DNA of 63,544 bases, filler included, from Candidatus Woesearchaeota archaeon (GTDB lineage Archaea; Nanobdellota; Nanobdellia; Pacearchaeales; UBA284), in NCBI GenBank assembly GCA_964354405.1. It is 6 parts of 5 records of this genome, joined end to end, with 100 filler letters (N's around TTAATTAATTAA, not from the genome) between each part and the next. Parts side by side here need not be neighbours in the genome. Positions count along the whole stretch, not along the records: positions 2,711 to 11,375 come from CAYGZP010000003.1; positions 11,476 to 30,652 come from CAYGZP010000003.1; 4 more parts are not named here. One strand, given 5' to 3'. This document shows, piece by piece, positions 10,074 to 18,759 of this stretch. Made by a program: the position numbers and the translations under genes. How positions within the stretch are numbered: the first letter of the stretch is position 1; each line of letters starts with the position of its first letter. Below the pieces are notes generated by a model. That model was not told the DNA's origin. It did no database searches and saw only the letters and a program-made list of their open reading frames with translations.

Positions 10074-10493
10074 TTAGGCAAGAATTATTTTTTTAATCGT
10101 GCTTCCCTTGGGTTCTGTAACATGACCATTATCCCAAGCAATTTTTCCTTTGCCAATATGTGTTCCTCTGCTTTTAGGGTTGTCTATACGCGAGACTCGT
10201 ATTCCTTCGGCGGGAGGCCATTTTATCGTTAATGATATTTTTTCTTTAGCTGGTTTTTCTTTTTGAGTAGGTCGATAACCGAAGACAGTAACTTTTCTTT
10301 TCAGTTCATCGTTCCAATAGGTGATAGCTTTCTTTTCTACCTGACCACCTTTAATGGCAGATGACAATTGTTCAGCTACTCTTTCGGGACTGCACTCTAA
10401 TTGTTCAGCGATAGTTTCACGAGTATCCCATCCGCTCGGCCACTTGTAATGCTCTTTATTATGAGCTTCTACTATTTTGTTCCAGTTTGCCAT
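10074..10493 (-). CDS. Hypothetical phage protein (possible HTH)
   Basis: 139-aa ORF with [20 protein letters not shown]. Confidence 0.55.
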   Translation of the reverse strand: MANWNKIVEAHNKEHYKWPSGWDTRETIAEQLECSPERVAEQLSSAIKGGQVEKKAITYWNDELKRKVTVFGYRPTQKEKPAKEKISLTIKWPPAEGIRVSRIDNPKSRGTHIGKGKIAWDNGHVTEPKGSTIKKIILA

Positions 10494-10496
10494 TGG

Positions 10497-11375
10497 TTAG
10501 TCCTCCAAAAAAATAGGCCAAGTTCCAGTTCTTCCCCGTTTCGCATCGAAAAGAAAGTATGTTTGTTGCGGTGGTTCGTATGCCGCTTTGATGGAAATGC
10601 TATATGCGTTGTGTCCAATAAGACTCCCATTGCTAATCCATTTCGGATTTTGTTGTGAGGTATGCCAGTGACCGAAAATGTCAATGTCCGCTGACCTGCC
10701 CTTATTCCAACTCGCAATCGCCTTCTCTACGGGTATGGTCAACCCGCCGATTCCCCCTTGGTATTTCAATCCATCACCATGATGCAGTCGGAATGTTTTT
10801 CCAAACACTTCAAGGTATGTGTGGTAGCTTTCCCCTACGATCCATTCCACTCCCTCAATCTCTTGCTCCAGCAGTTTGTAAAGAAGCCACTCGTAGCTGT
10901 TCTTGTAAGCTGTGCTGTGCCGAGGTTTGATTGTAGTCCTGCCGTGATTGCCAATTGAACATGGAATGATGATCCGTTCAAAGTTTCCTTCTTTTTTAAT
11001 CGTGTTGATTAGCTTGGATAGCTTTTGTCGCAACCAAAGAATAGTTTGAGTGGGTGATAATTCATTTTCTTCTCGCAATTCTTCGTGGATGTAGCCAGTC
11101 ATCAAGTCACCCAAAAGTGCAAGAACCAAGATAGGAATATCGCAACCTGCTCTTTCAATTTCGGTCAGTCGCAAAATAGCTTTGGTAGTTTTTTCAATGC
11201 GTTTATCTGCAACTTCAAGATTGAAATTGTTTAAGTGTGAAACTGTTCTTGGATCAACTTGTTCTTCAACGTGCCAGTCAGACAATACAGCTACTGCCGC
11301 GCTTGATATTCCTTGTGCCGATTCAATTTTGTATGTGTCTCTCTTAAACTTGTCTTCTTTCAGTGCAGATACAAT
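10497..11375 (-). CDS. Calcineurin-like metallophosphoesterase (5' truncated)
   Basis: SDWH, LGD, GNH, HGD and GHWH motifs; frame open to the contig end. Confidence 0.85.
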   Translation of the reverse strand: MVSALKEDKFKRDTYKIESAQGISSAAVAVLSDWHVEEQVDPRTVSHLNNFNLEVADKRIEKTTKAILRLTEIERAGCDIPILVLALLGDLMTGYIHEELREENELSPTQTILWLRQKLSKLINTIKKEGNFERIIIPCSIGNHGRTTIKPRHSTAYKNSYEWLLYKLLEQEIEGVEWIVGESYHTYLEVFGKTFRLHHGDGLKYQGGIGGLTIPVEKAIASWNKGRSADIDIFGHWHTSQQNPKWISNGSLIGHNAYSISIKAAYEPPQQTYFLFDAKRGRTGTWPIFLED

Positions 11376-11475
11376 NNNNNNNNNNNNNNNNNNNNNNNNN
11401 NNNNNNNNNNNNNNNNNNNTTAATTAATTAANNNNNNNNNNNNNNNNNNNNNNNNNNNNNNNNNNNNNNNNNNNN
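11376..11475. other. Artificial contig linker
   Basis: N44-TTAATTAATTAA-N44. Confidence 0.99.
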
Positions 11476-11477
11476 GG

Positions 11478-11738
11478 GGCAGTTTTGCTGAGAATAACCT
11501 GCACGGAGTAACAGGATACCGATGTAGGACAATGGGAGACTTCGTAGATGCAGTTAAAAACATAGACAATATCATGCCTTGGGACTGTAAACGATTTGGA
11601 ATGAACTTCAGCTTAAAGAAGGTAGCTCCAATGTATGAGAAATACTTCTCAGATGTCATGGATGTCTATACAGGAGAAGGATGGTATTCCGATGGAAATA
11701 ACATTAACGCAATGAAAAGAAGCTACCCTACGCTATGA
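11478..11738 (+). CDS. Glycosyltransferase (GT-B/GT4-like), C-terminal fragment
   Basis: GSFAENNLHGVTGYRC...FSLKKVAPMYEKYF, a typical GT4 C-terminus. Confidence 0.65.
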   Translation, partial: GSFAENNLHGVTGYRCRTMGDFVDAVKNIDNIMPWDCKRFGMNFSLKKVAPMYEKYFSDVMDVYTGEGWYSDGNNINAMKRSYPTL

Positions 11739-12124
11739 ACTGGGACGAATACGGAATGAGCATAGCAGAGGTAGTTGCTAAGAAGAGCAAAGACCCGTGG
11801 AGGAAGGTTGGGGTAGTGATACTCAGAGAAGACCATTCCATAGCGTCAGTAGGGTATAATGGATTCCCTCAAGGCGTAGAGGAAGACTGGTCAGATAGAG
11901 AAGAGAGAAGGAAGTACGTAATCCACGCAGAACAGAACGCACTGAGATATACCAACCCCGGCGAAGGGAAAGTACTGGTATCTACTCTACTCCCATGCAG
12001 GGACTGCCTAAAGACCATAGCCGCCTATAAGATAAAGAGAGTCCTCTACAAAGACATCTACCATACCGATCCAATAGCACTGGAAATAGCAGAAAAAATG
12101 GGAGTCACACTAACTCAAATATGA
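11735..12124 (+). CDS. dCMP deaminase
   Basis: SKDP..KVG, GYNGFP, HAEQNA and PCRDC zinc motifs. Confidence 0.9.
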   Translation: MNWDEYGMSIAEVVAKKSKDPWRKVGVVILREDHSIASVGYNGFPQGVEEDWSDREERRKYVIHAEQNALRYTNPGEGKVLVSTLLPCRDCLKTIAAYKIKRVLYKDIYHTDPIALEIAEKMGVTLTQI

Positions 12125-12306
12125 AAATATACATACTATCAAGCGGACTAATTGGACGCGACACACTACCAGAAGCGGCGTTCAAAACCAAAAAGGATAT
12201 GAATGCTTACATAAAAAAAGAATACCCAAATGCAAAGCTATACGCAAAACTATACTGGGAAGACGATACAATGTGTCTAACAGCACAAAAGCTACCAATC
12301 CTATGA
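12121..12306 (+). CDS. Small phage protein, paralog 1
   Basis: MKIYILS...AAFKTKK...YP...YWE. Confidence 0.65.
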   Translation: MKIYILSSGLIGRDTLPEAAFKTKKDMNAYIKKEYPNAKLYAKLYWEDDTMCLTAQKLPIL

Positions 12307-12379
12307 GCGACGAAATCGTAGCACTAATAATAGCATGGAGCATAATAGTAATCTGCTTCATCATAGAAACAAGAATCAA

Positions 12380-12592
12380 ATGAAAATATACATCCTATCC
12401 AAAGGCTGGAGAAACAACAGTAATAGATGCCCGATTGCAGCATTTCGCACAAAGAAATTGCTTCGTAGTTGGGTGCTTAAAAATTTTCCACATTATTATA
12501 GAAAATCGAGAATTCATCCAAACGAGATGTATTGGGAGTCTGAATTTGGATGGCTAAGGTGTGAAGACGAAACAATCAAGGTAATAGAATGA
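12380..12592 (+). CDS. Small phage protein, paralog 2
   Basis: MKIYILS...AAFRTKK...FP...YWE; ATG 12380. Confidence 0.65.
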   Translation: MKIYILSKGWRNNSNRCPIAAFRTKKLLRSWVLKNFPHYYRKSRIHPNEMYWESEFGWLRCEDETIKVIE

Positions 12593-12735
12593 AAGACTGC
12601 CACAAAGCATTCCTAAACCACTACCCGTGGCTAACAGAATACAAAGATTTTAACAACTGGTTATTCTCAGAAGACCCAACTTGCGTAGCCTTCAGAAGAG
12701 GATGGGCAGCAGCCAACAATTATCGTAACCGATAA
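12589..12735 (+). CDS. Small phage protein (48 aa)
   Basis: MKDCHKAF...NNYRNR*, with ATGA and TAATG overlaps at its two ends. Confidence 0.55.
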   Translation: MKDCHKAFLNHYPWLTEYKDFNNWLFSEDPTCVAFRRGWAAANNYRNR

Positions 12736-13280
12736 TGAATACAAAAATCGGCGCACTACCAACTCATAGATACATCTGGGTAGATAGCAAATACACCCAC
12801 GAAAACCCCGTAGGACCAGTAGAAGCTATGTGGGTAGGGCTAACCTCCATACCAAGCAGAGCATGGGGAATAAACGTCATCCTAAGAGAAGGCGGCGCAC
12901 TCTACAGAAACATCCCACCAAACGCAGTAAGATTCAAAGAAGAAGCACTGGAAAACTGGCGGATAGAAGAGAGCCAACTATGGAACTGCTACTCATACAA
13001 CTTTACTATACTAGAGAACCCAATACTAAGAGGACTATCAGTAACAGCCAAGGTCGGCCCAAATATCCTAAAGGGAACCTACCTCTTCTCCACTACCCAC
13101 CTAAACGATGGATGGTCAGATAGCCCAGAACAAGACAAAGAATTCATCTTCATAGAACTAACCAACGGAAGGCTAACAATCCAACCAACGAACAGAGTAG
13201 CCTTCATAGACAAATCCTACATCCTTCCAACCTGTATGCCTAAACTAAGACTACAAGATACCATCTACTCATGTGAGTAA
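12735..13280 (+). CDS. Hypothetical phage protein
   Basis: 181-aa ORF, coupled by TAATG, bracketed by two copies of the 16-bp palindrome. Confidence 0.75.
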   Translation: MNTKIGALPTHRYIWVDSKYTHENPVGPVEAMWVGLTSIPSRAWGINVILREGGALYRNIPPNAVRFKEEALENWRIEESQLWNCYSYNFTILENPILRGLSVTAKVGPNILKGTYLFSTTHLNDGWSDSPEQDKEFIFIELTNGRLTIQPTNRVAFIDKSYILPTCMPKLRLQDTIYSCE

Positions 13281-13437
13281 TTATCGTTAACGATAACCAT
13301 ACGACATAGAACAAAGTCGCAAGCTAACCGTACGACATTAGCTTGAACTTAGCTTGCTCTGTCAAGAGATTTTTATTGACATAGAAAATACGAGTTTTTA
13401 TGGGGAGAGGGGTTTCCGCATTGGGAGCTGTCGCGCT

Positions 13438-13467
13438 GGGGTGCTATGGGGGAGGGGGGCACTGGGG
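13438..13467 (+). other. G-quadruplex-forming G-tract in the main non-coding region
   Basis: GGGG-TGCTAT-GGGGG-A-GGGGGG-CACT-GGGG. Confidence 0.6.
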
Positions 13468-13780
13468 TCAGTCACCACAGAGAAAAGAGATTCCTTTGAG
13501 TCCCTGCCTTGCCAGTGTCGCCTTATAGTATAGTCACAGCCCTACAGCGTAGCCTTGCTAGCGTTGATCATGGCTGGCGTTATTGAGACTGGAGTTATCA
13601 ATCTCACTAAGAAGATGAGATAATGCAAGCGACTTGCATTTACTATTGCGCTACGTTGGCGTGTATCGCGTTTGTTTCAATCGGGCGGTGTATCGGCATT
13701 GGCGGAAATTGGGCATATTGGATGCGTAGCTATACTTAGCAAAACACGGGAAAAAGGCTATTGAGCGAATGACTGGTCTG

Positions 13781-14004
13781 TATCGCTGTATGACGATATA
13801 TGATTAAATTGCTCACGATCGCTCATTTTCGCCTATATCGCTGTGTGTCGATATAGTAATGGAATGTCTCTCGCATCGTCATATCTTGATATGTTGATGC
13901 GTTGCCTGTCTTGTCTCTCATATCTTCGCATCATGATATTTGAATATGTCTACTGTCTTGTCTTATTCCATACCTTGTATGGCAAGTATCGTTGTATATC
14001 GATA
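13781..14004. repeat. Three TATCG-N8-CGATA inverted repeats
   Basis: 13781-13798, 13836-13853 and 13987-14004; spacers CTGTATGA, CTGTGTGT and TTGTATAT. Confidence 0.75.
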
Positions 14005-14097
14005 AAACGATGGCATGATCTATGCTGATACTTTTCTATTTACAGGCTGGCATGGTTCCTGCTTGTGACAGGCTAAAAATAAATCAATATTGAGGTG

Positions 14098-14125
14098 TTG
14101 ACAGATTGAGAGAATCTGATATTGT
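14098..14125 (+). promoter_or_regulatory. Sigma70-type promoter of the small-gene (early) region
   Basis: TTGACA-N16-TATTGT with a TGn extended -10. Confidence 0.65.
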
Positions 14126-14145
14126 CTTTCTCGTGCTGGTCGCTC

Positions 14146-14345
14146 AGTGGCTCTGAATGAGGCTGAACGAGCAAATGCGCAAATGCTCTTTGAAACAAAA
14201 ATCCGCAACTTGATCACCGAAACCAATCCTGACGCTGACGCACGCTATAATGTCGTAGCGCATGAACTGTGGGGAAAACTGGGAAGACGGCGAACTAACT
14301 TGTGATCATTCCGGTAAGCGCATCGAATCGGCTTATTGCGATTAA
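14146..14345 (+). pseudogene. Frameshifted small phage protein
   Basis: ...YNVVAHELW and ENWEDGELTCDHSGKRIESAYCD* join if one G is removed from GGGGAAAA at about 14271. Confidence 0.4.
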
Positions 14346-14408
14346 AATCGAAACGGGATTTTTCCCGTCTTCACACTTTGGCAGGTGTGGACTGATGAGA
14401 TTGCCAAA
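14346..14408 (+). ncRNA. Type II hammerhead ribozyme with pseudoknot
   Basis: AATC-GAAA-CGGGA(TTTT)TCCCG-TC^-TTCACAC(TTTGGCAG)GTGTGGA-CTGATGA-GATT. Loop TTTGGCA is complementary to the 3' tail TGCCAAA. Confidence 0.93.
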
Positions 14409-14427
14409 ACACAAAACACCTAATAAA

Positions 14428-14745
14428 ATGATCGACACACTCAACACCTATCAAATATCTTACCGCCTTTTCCGTGATGAAAATGCGGGCTTTTCCTACA
14501 ACGGCGCAAAAGCATTGGCCGAGTATCTGGACACTGAAGAAAATGCAATGATGGAATTTGATTCCGTTGCGATCCGTTGCGAATGGAGTGAATATCCTTC
14601 CGCCGTTGCTGCTTGGCAAGAATATGACCCCTCTTGCCAATCTTCCGGTGATGAAGACGAAGACGAAGCGGAAGCATTGGTTTTGCTTCAAGATAAAACT
14701 ACAGTAATTGAATTCGACGGCGGCGTGATCGTTTCCCAATTCTAA
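14428..14745 (+). CDS. Acidic hypothetical phage protein
   Basis: FSYNGAKALAEYL...EFDSVAIRCEWSEY; ATG follows ACACCTAATAAA. Confidence 0.7.
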   Translation: MIDTLNTYQISYRLFRDENAGFSYNGAKALAEYLDTEENAMMEFDSVAIRCEWSEYPSAVAAWQEYDPSCQSSGDEDEDEAEALVLLQDKTTVIEFDGGVIVSQF

Positions 14746-14751
14746 AAACCA

Positions 14752-14788
14752 ATGTGCGGCAGGTTCAATCCCTCGCCGCTTTTCTCTC
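14752..14788 (+). repeat. Intergenic hairpin with T-loop-like GTTCAATC, copy 1
   Basis: GCGGC-AGGTTCAATCCCTC-GCCGC-TTTT just after a stop codon. Confidence 0.6.
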
Positions 14789-14900
14789 ATCTTATGAACA
14801 AACTCCATTCCTCTCTTCAATACAACAAAGCAAAATCCCGCTTCTTTGGGCTTCTGCTTATCCTCTCCACTATTGGCGCACTCTTAACCTTTATCCTTTT

Positions 14901-15134
14901 ATGACAAACGACAAATTCAAAACTAAAAACGGCGATTTAACTCCATACGCTCTCGCTTGTGGTTATGTTCAAGAAAAGGAATCGAATGGCATTCAAATTA
15001 AATTATGGCATGAGGGCGGGCCTCTTTATCATGTAATGGCTTTTGATTTTAGCCAAGGCAAGCGGCTTTTCTGGGAATCATTCGAGCGTTTAACTGATGC
15101 TCGGGCATTCTACAAGAAACCGCCTTTGCTCTAA
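14901..15134 (+). CDS. Hypothetical phage protein
   Basis: MTNDKFKTKNGDLTPYALACGYVQ... Confidence 0.65.
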   Translation: MTNDKFKTKNGDLTPYALACGYVQEKESNGIQIKLWHEGGPLYHVMAFDFSQGKRLFWESFERLTDARAFYKKPPLL

Positions 15135-15138
15135 AACC

Positions 15139-15187
15139 CCCTCCACACTATGCGGGCCATGTTCAATCCGTGCCCGCTTTGCTCTAA
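15139..15187 (+). repeat. Intergenic hairpin with T-loop-like GTTCAATC, copy 2
   Basis: CCCTCCACA..ATGCGGGC-CATGTTCAATCCGT-GCCCGC-TTT after a stop codon. Confidence 0.6.
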
Positions 15188-15320
15188 TCGCCCCGCTATT
15201 GCGTTTTTCCTACCTTTCCGCACCATCTGCCTTCCTTTCTACTCTCGCGCATTTATAGAGCTTTAATCGTTTCCGATAATCCCTCCACAGCAAACCAAAC
15301 AATAAACACCTAACAAAATA

Positions 15321-15623
15321 ATGAATAACACACACACATCCGCACCTTGGCAAATTGACTATTCCGGCAATTGCCATATTGGAATCACTGACGAAAATGA
15401 TCGAACCCTTGCGTTTTGCTCATTACAAAATGAAAATGGCGATGAAGATGAGGCAAACGCTCACCTCATTTCAGCCGCTCCCGATTTGCTCTCCGCACTG
15501 GAAAAGCTCTTGCAAATAAGCCAAGATAAGCTTGACCAATCCGCAACGCATGACGGGCTTGTAAATTGCGAGGCGTTAGCCAATGCACGGGTAGCAATCG
15601 CCAAAGCAAAGGGGGCAGCATGA
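15321..15623 (+). CDS. Hypothetical phage protein (HTP.PW...ANA.LIAAAPDLL family)
   Basis: HTSAPW...EANAHLISAAPDLLSALE...ARVAIAKAKG. Confidence 0.75.
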   Translation: MNNTHTSAPWQIDYSGNCHIGITDENDRTLAFCSLQNENGDEDEANAHLISAAPDLLSALEKLLQISQDKLDQSATHDGLVNCEALANARVAIAKAKGAA

Positions 15624-15805
15624 CTATCGTCACCTTCGACAAGCCAATTCAAGCGACAATGCTCCGCTGGGGTTCTCATCCCGTCCCCGATTGCACAATG
15701 ATTCCGGGCGAATATGTCAGAATCGCAAAGCGCACATGGGCGGTTTGGCTTGGCTCCGCTCCATCCAGCAAGTATATTTATCAAGTGCCGAAAGGAGCAA
15801 AATGA
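15620..15805 (+). CDS. Hypothetical phage protein
   Basis: ATGA overlaps at both ends. Confidence 0.5.
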   Translation: MTIVTFDKPIQATMLRWGSHPVPDCTMIPGEYVRIAKRTWAVWLGSAPSSKYIYQVPKGAK

Positions 15806-16062
15806 GTGATTTAACTTATTTAAAACAAGGTTTCTTCACTGTTTTCTTTCCGCAAAGCAAAGCGGGTAAAGTTGCTTGGAATGAACTTGCCAGCGTCACG
15901 CAAGACACTGGCAAAATTCCCACAATTCAGTTGCCGCAATTCTTGGAAAACTTGCGTAAAGCGGGTTATACTGTCCACAAGGTGAAAAATCGAACGGCAG
16001 AAGAAGCGGACGCTGAATTGCAGGCGATATTGGATAACCCTATTTTGGAAAAGTTAGCCTGA
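15802..16062 (+). CDS. Hypothetical phage protein
   Basis: MSDLTYLKQG..., ATGA overlap. Confidence 0.6.
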   Translation: MSDLTYLKQGFFTVFFPQSKAGKVAWNELASVTQDTGKIPTIQLPQFLENLRKAGYTVHKVKNRTAEEADAELQAILDNPILEKLA

Positions 16063-16080
16063 CCCTCCACAAATGCGGGG

Positions 16081-16683
16081 TTAGTCCGACCCTTCCCCGC
16101 TTTCCACTATGGTTGCCAATTCTGACTCGTTTTCCGAGTCCTCCGCTCCACGGACATATTCGGCGGATACAATCTCTATTTTATCGGCTTTCGTGGGGCC
16201 GGTGACGTGAAGATTTATCATCGCATTTACGCTTAATCCCTTTCTGTCGTGCATATTATTTTCATCCAATCCAAGGGCGCGAGTTGCAATTTTTTCGTAT
16301 TCAGCCAAGATGTCCAACCTTTGAGCCTGTTCTTTAATGTTCCCGAGTTTATGTCTCCCCTCAATTTCCTTCCGCTCCGCCGCAATCTCTCGCAACATAA
16401 ACTGATAATGGTTAGCGGTTTCCACTGCCATAAGGTCTTCCAACTTAGGCGCAACTACGTTGGCGACTTGTTCGCGCAGCCGTTTCCGCTTCTCAATCCA
16501 CTTCCCTTTGACCATGCAATTTTTGAGATAAAAGCGGGACATTTGCGCAAACTCAGGCAGTTTCAGAATGTCGGACATTTCCGCTCCACCCATGAATAGA
16601 GTTTCGATTTTCTCCATGTCCCACTTCTTTCTTCCCTTTCCACGTCCCAACTTTTCCACTGGCGTTTCTGGCGTTTTGTTCAT
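16081..16683 (-). CDS. Hypothetical protein, possibly terminase small subunit-like
   Basis: Basic HTH-like N-terminus, W.EKR helix, helical middle and acidic tail. Function is inference only. Confidence 0.4.
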   Translation of the reverse strand: MNKTPETPVEKLGRGKGRKKWDMEKIETLFMGGAEMSDILKLPEFAQMSRFYLKNCMVKGKWIEKRKRLREQVANVVAPKLEDLMAVETANHYQFMLREIAAERKEIEGRHKLGNIKEQAQRLDILAEYEKIATRALGLDENNMHDRKGLSVNAMINLHVTGPTKADKIEIVSAEYVRGAEDSENESELATIVESGEGSD

Positions 16684-16886
16684 AGTTTTATATTGTCAAA
16701 ACTCCTTTATATTGTCAAATGATTTCCCTCCACTACACACAAACCTAATATGATAACACCGCACAAAACAGTAACTCAGTCAACCTGCCTTCCACCAGAA
16801 GCGCACATCAGACTTTGGAACTCAGCCGCCAAAGCAAACGAAACTACGGCTCCAAAAATCAAGTCCACCGTTTACCCTACTAAAAA

Positions 16887-17075
16887 ATGAGAACATTTAC
16901 CATGCACAAGCAAAAACCCCTATTCCGTTACAAAGACTCTCCGCTTTCCGGTGAGTCAGTGAAGCGGGAGTTAATGGAAGCATTGGAAGCAGTCTTAGAT
17001 TGCTATGGAGATGGTGACACTCTCCTTATGATGCAATGCAAACACGCTCTTGATAGAGCAAGGAGGAATCCATGA
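16887..17075 (+). CDS. Small hypothetical phage protein
   Basis: ATGA-coupled to the helicase. Confidence 0.55.
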   Translation: MRTFTMHKQKPLFRYKDSPLSGESVKRELMEALEAVLDCYGDGDTLLMMQCKHALDRARRNP

Positions 17076-18703
17076 ATATAAATGACCTCATGGCAACAGT
17101 TGAGTGGTCGCAACCCATTCAACTCAATACTAAACGAGGCGTTCGACTCCTCAAGAAAGCACCGATTGAACAGGCTTTTTGGAAGGTTTACGGAGAGGAT
17201 AAGGAGCTTTTCAAGAAGCAGATGGGTGACGCTGGCATCCAGCTTGGTAAATTCCGCGATGAGTGGCAACTCACTTGGTGGTCAGACGATCAGCTTAAAT
17301 TTAAGCAGATTATCGTAACCGATACTCAGGCCGAAGCGGTTCAAGAGTTAGAGTTAAGCCCTCTACTTCACCCCGAAGGTTTATTAGAATATCAGATTAC
17401 CTCTGTGCAGATGGGTGTTGCCTCCATGAATAAGTATAACCGAGTTCTGCTTGGGCATAGCACGGGTGTAGGCAAAACATTCTGCGCCCTCGGCATTGCC
17501 AGAGAACTTGGTAAACGAGTTGCGGTTATTGCGCCATTGGCCGTTGTCACATCATGGCATCGGGCAGCTAAAATGATGAATGTCGAAATTTATGAAGCTG
17601 TTGGATGGGAGTTTTGTAAAACCGGAAAATCCAAAATCGGAAAATGGACTTGTGATTCTAAAAAGAAATTTGAATATCAACTTCCAGATGATGTCATTCT
17701 TATATTTGACGAATGCCATCGAGGCAAAGCTCCGGGAACTTCTCAGAATTCATTCTTAATTAGAGATAGTGTTGTTCAAAACATTCAAGCCATAGCATTA
17801 AGTGCAACCATTGCTGATTCTCCAGAAAAACTTTGGGCCTTGGGTCAATTTCTTGGGCTACATCAAGGAGGAAAAGATTATTATAGATTCCTTTCCGCTA
17901 ACGGATGCAGAAAGACAAGGTTTGGATTTCAATTCCAAGGTGGAAGCGCAATTCTTAAACGACTTCATCACAAGATTTATCCAGAAAGAGGAAATCGTTT
18001 GCGTCATAGTGATCTTGGTGAAGCATTCCCAGAGACATTGATTCACGCGAGGGCTTTTGATATGGAAAATACACGCGCTATTGCATCAGAATATGATGAT
18101 TTGTGTAATAGAGTAGAAGAACTTCGTATGGCCGAAAATTTCAGTGCAAATGTATTGGCCGAACAAACGCGAGCGAGACAAAAAATTGAACTTCTGAAGG
18201 CTCCTGCAATAGCTTCATTGGCAAAAGATTATATTGAAGAAGGGAATAGTATATTTATTGCTGTATCTTTTCGTGAAACAATGGAGTTTTTAATGAAAGA
18301 ACTCAATACGGATGCGGTAATTTGTGGCGGTCAATCAAAGTTAGAAAGACAAGGAGCAATAGATTCTTTTCAAAGAGATACAACGCGAGTAATAATTGGA
18401 ATTTCCGCTGCGTGTAGAGAAGGAATTTCATTGCATGACTTGAATGGTAAACATCCAAGAGTTGCATTGATATTTCCACAGCCTTCAGCATACGATTTGA
18501 AACAAGTATTAGGAAGAGTTCATAGGGCTGGAGGTAAAACAAAGAGCGTGCAATATATTGTTTACGCAGCCGGAATTCATATTGAGGAAAAAACTTGTAA
18601 TTCATTAGATGAAAAATTAAAGCGCATGGATTTGCTCAGTGACGGGGAAATCGACGCGACTATTTCCTTAGCTCCAAAAGAAGAAGAAAATAAACTGATC
18701 TAA
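17072..18703 (+). CDS. Superfamily 2 (DExH/SNF2-like) helicase
   Basis: GHSTGVGKT, DECH, SAT, EGISL and QVLGRVHRAG motifs. Confidence 0.9.
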   Translation: MNINDLMATVEWSQPIQLNTKRGVRLLKKAPIEQAFWKVYGEDKELFKKQMGDAGIQLGKFRDEWQLTWWSDDQLKFKQIIVTDTQAEAVQELELSPLLHPEGLLEYQITSVQMGVASMNKYNRVLLGHSTGVGKTFCALGIARELGKRVAVIAPLAVVTSWHRAAKMMNVEIYEAVGWEFCKTGKSKIGKWTCDSKKKFEYQLPDDVILIFDECHRGKAPGTSQNSFLIRDSVVQNIQAIALSATIADSPEKLWALGQFLGLHQGGKDYYRFLSANGCRKTRFGFQFQGGSAILKRLHHKIYPERGNRLRHSDLGEAFPETLIHARAFDMENTRAIASEYDDLCNRVEELRMAENFSANVLAEQTRARQKIELLKAPAIASLAKDYIEEGNSIFIAVSFRETMEFLMKELNTDAVICGGQSKLERQGAIDSFQRDTTRVIIGISAACREGISLHDLNGKHPRVALIFPQPSAYDLKQVLGRVHRAGGKTKSVQYIVYAAGIHIEEKTCNSLDEKLKRMDLLSDGEIDATISLAPKEEENKLI

Positions 18704-18717
18704 ATTTACTCAAACTT

Positions 18718-18755
18718 AAAAACCAGATTGGAAGAAATTCCTTTCTGGTTTTTTT
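18718..18755. terminator. Bidirectional intrinsic terminator
   Basis: AAAAACCAGA..GGAA-GAAA-TTCC..TCTGGTTTTTTT. Confidence 0.75.
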
Positions 18756-18759
18756 GTTT

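Noticed and set aside
14752..15187. GTTCAATCC elements as phage tRNA genes
   Set aside because: No D-arm or anticodon arm; kept only as hairpin repeats.
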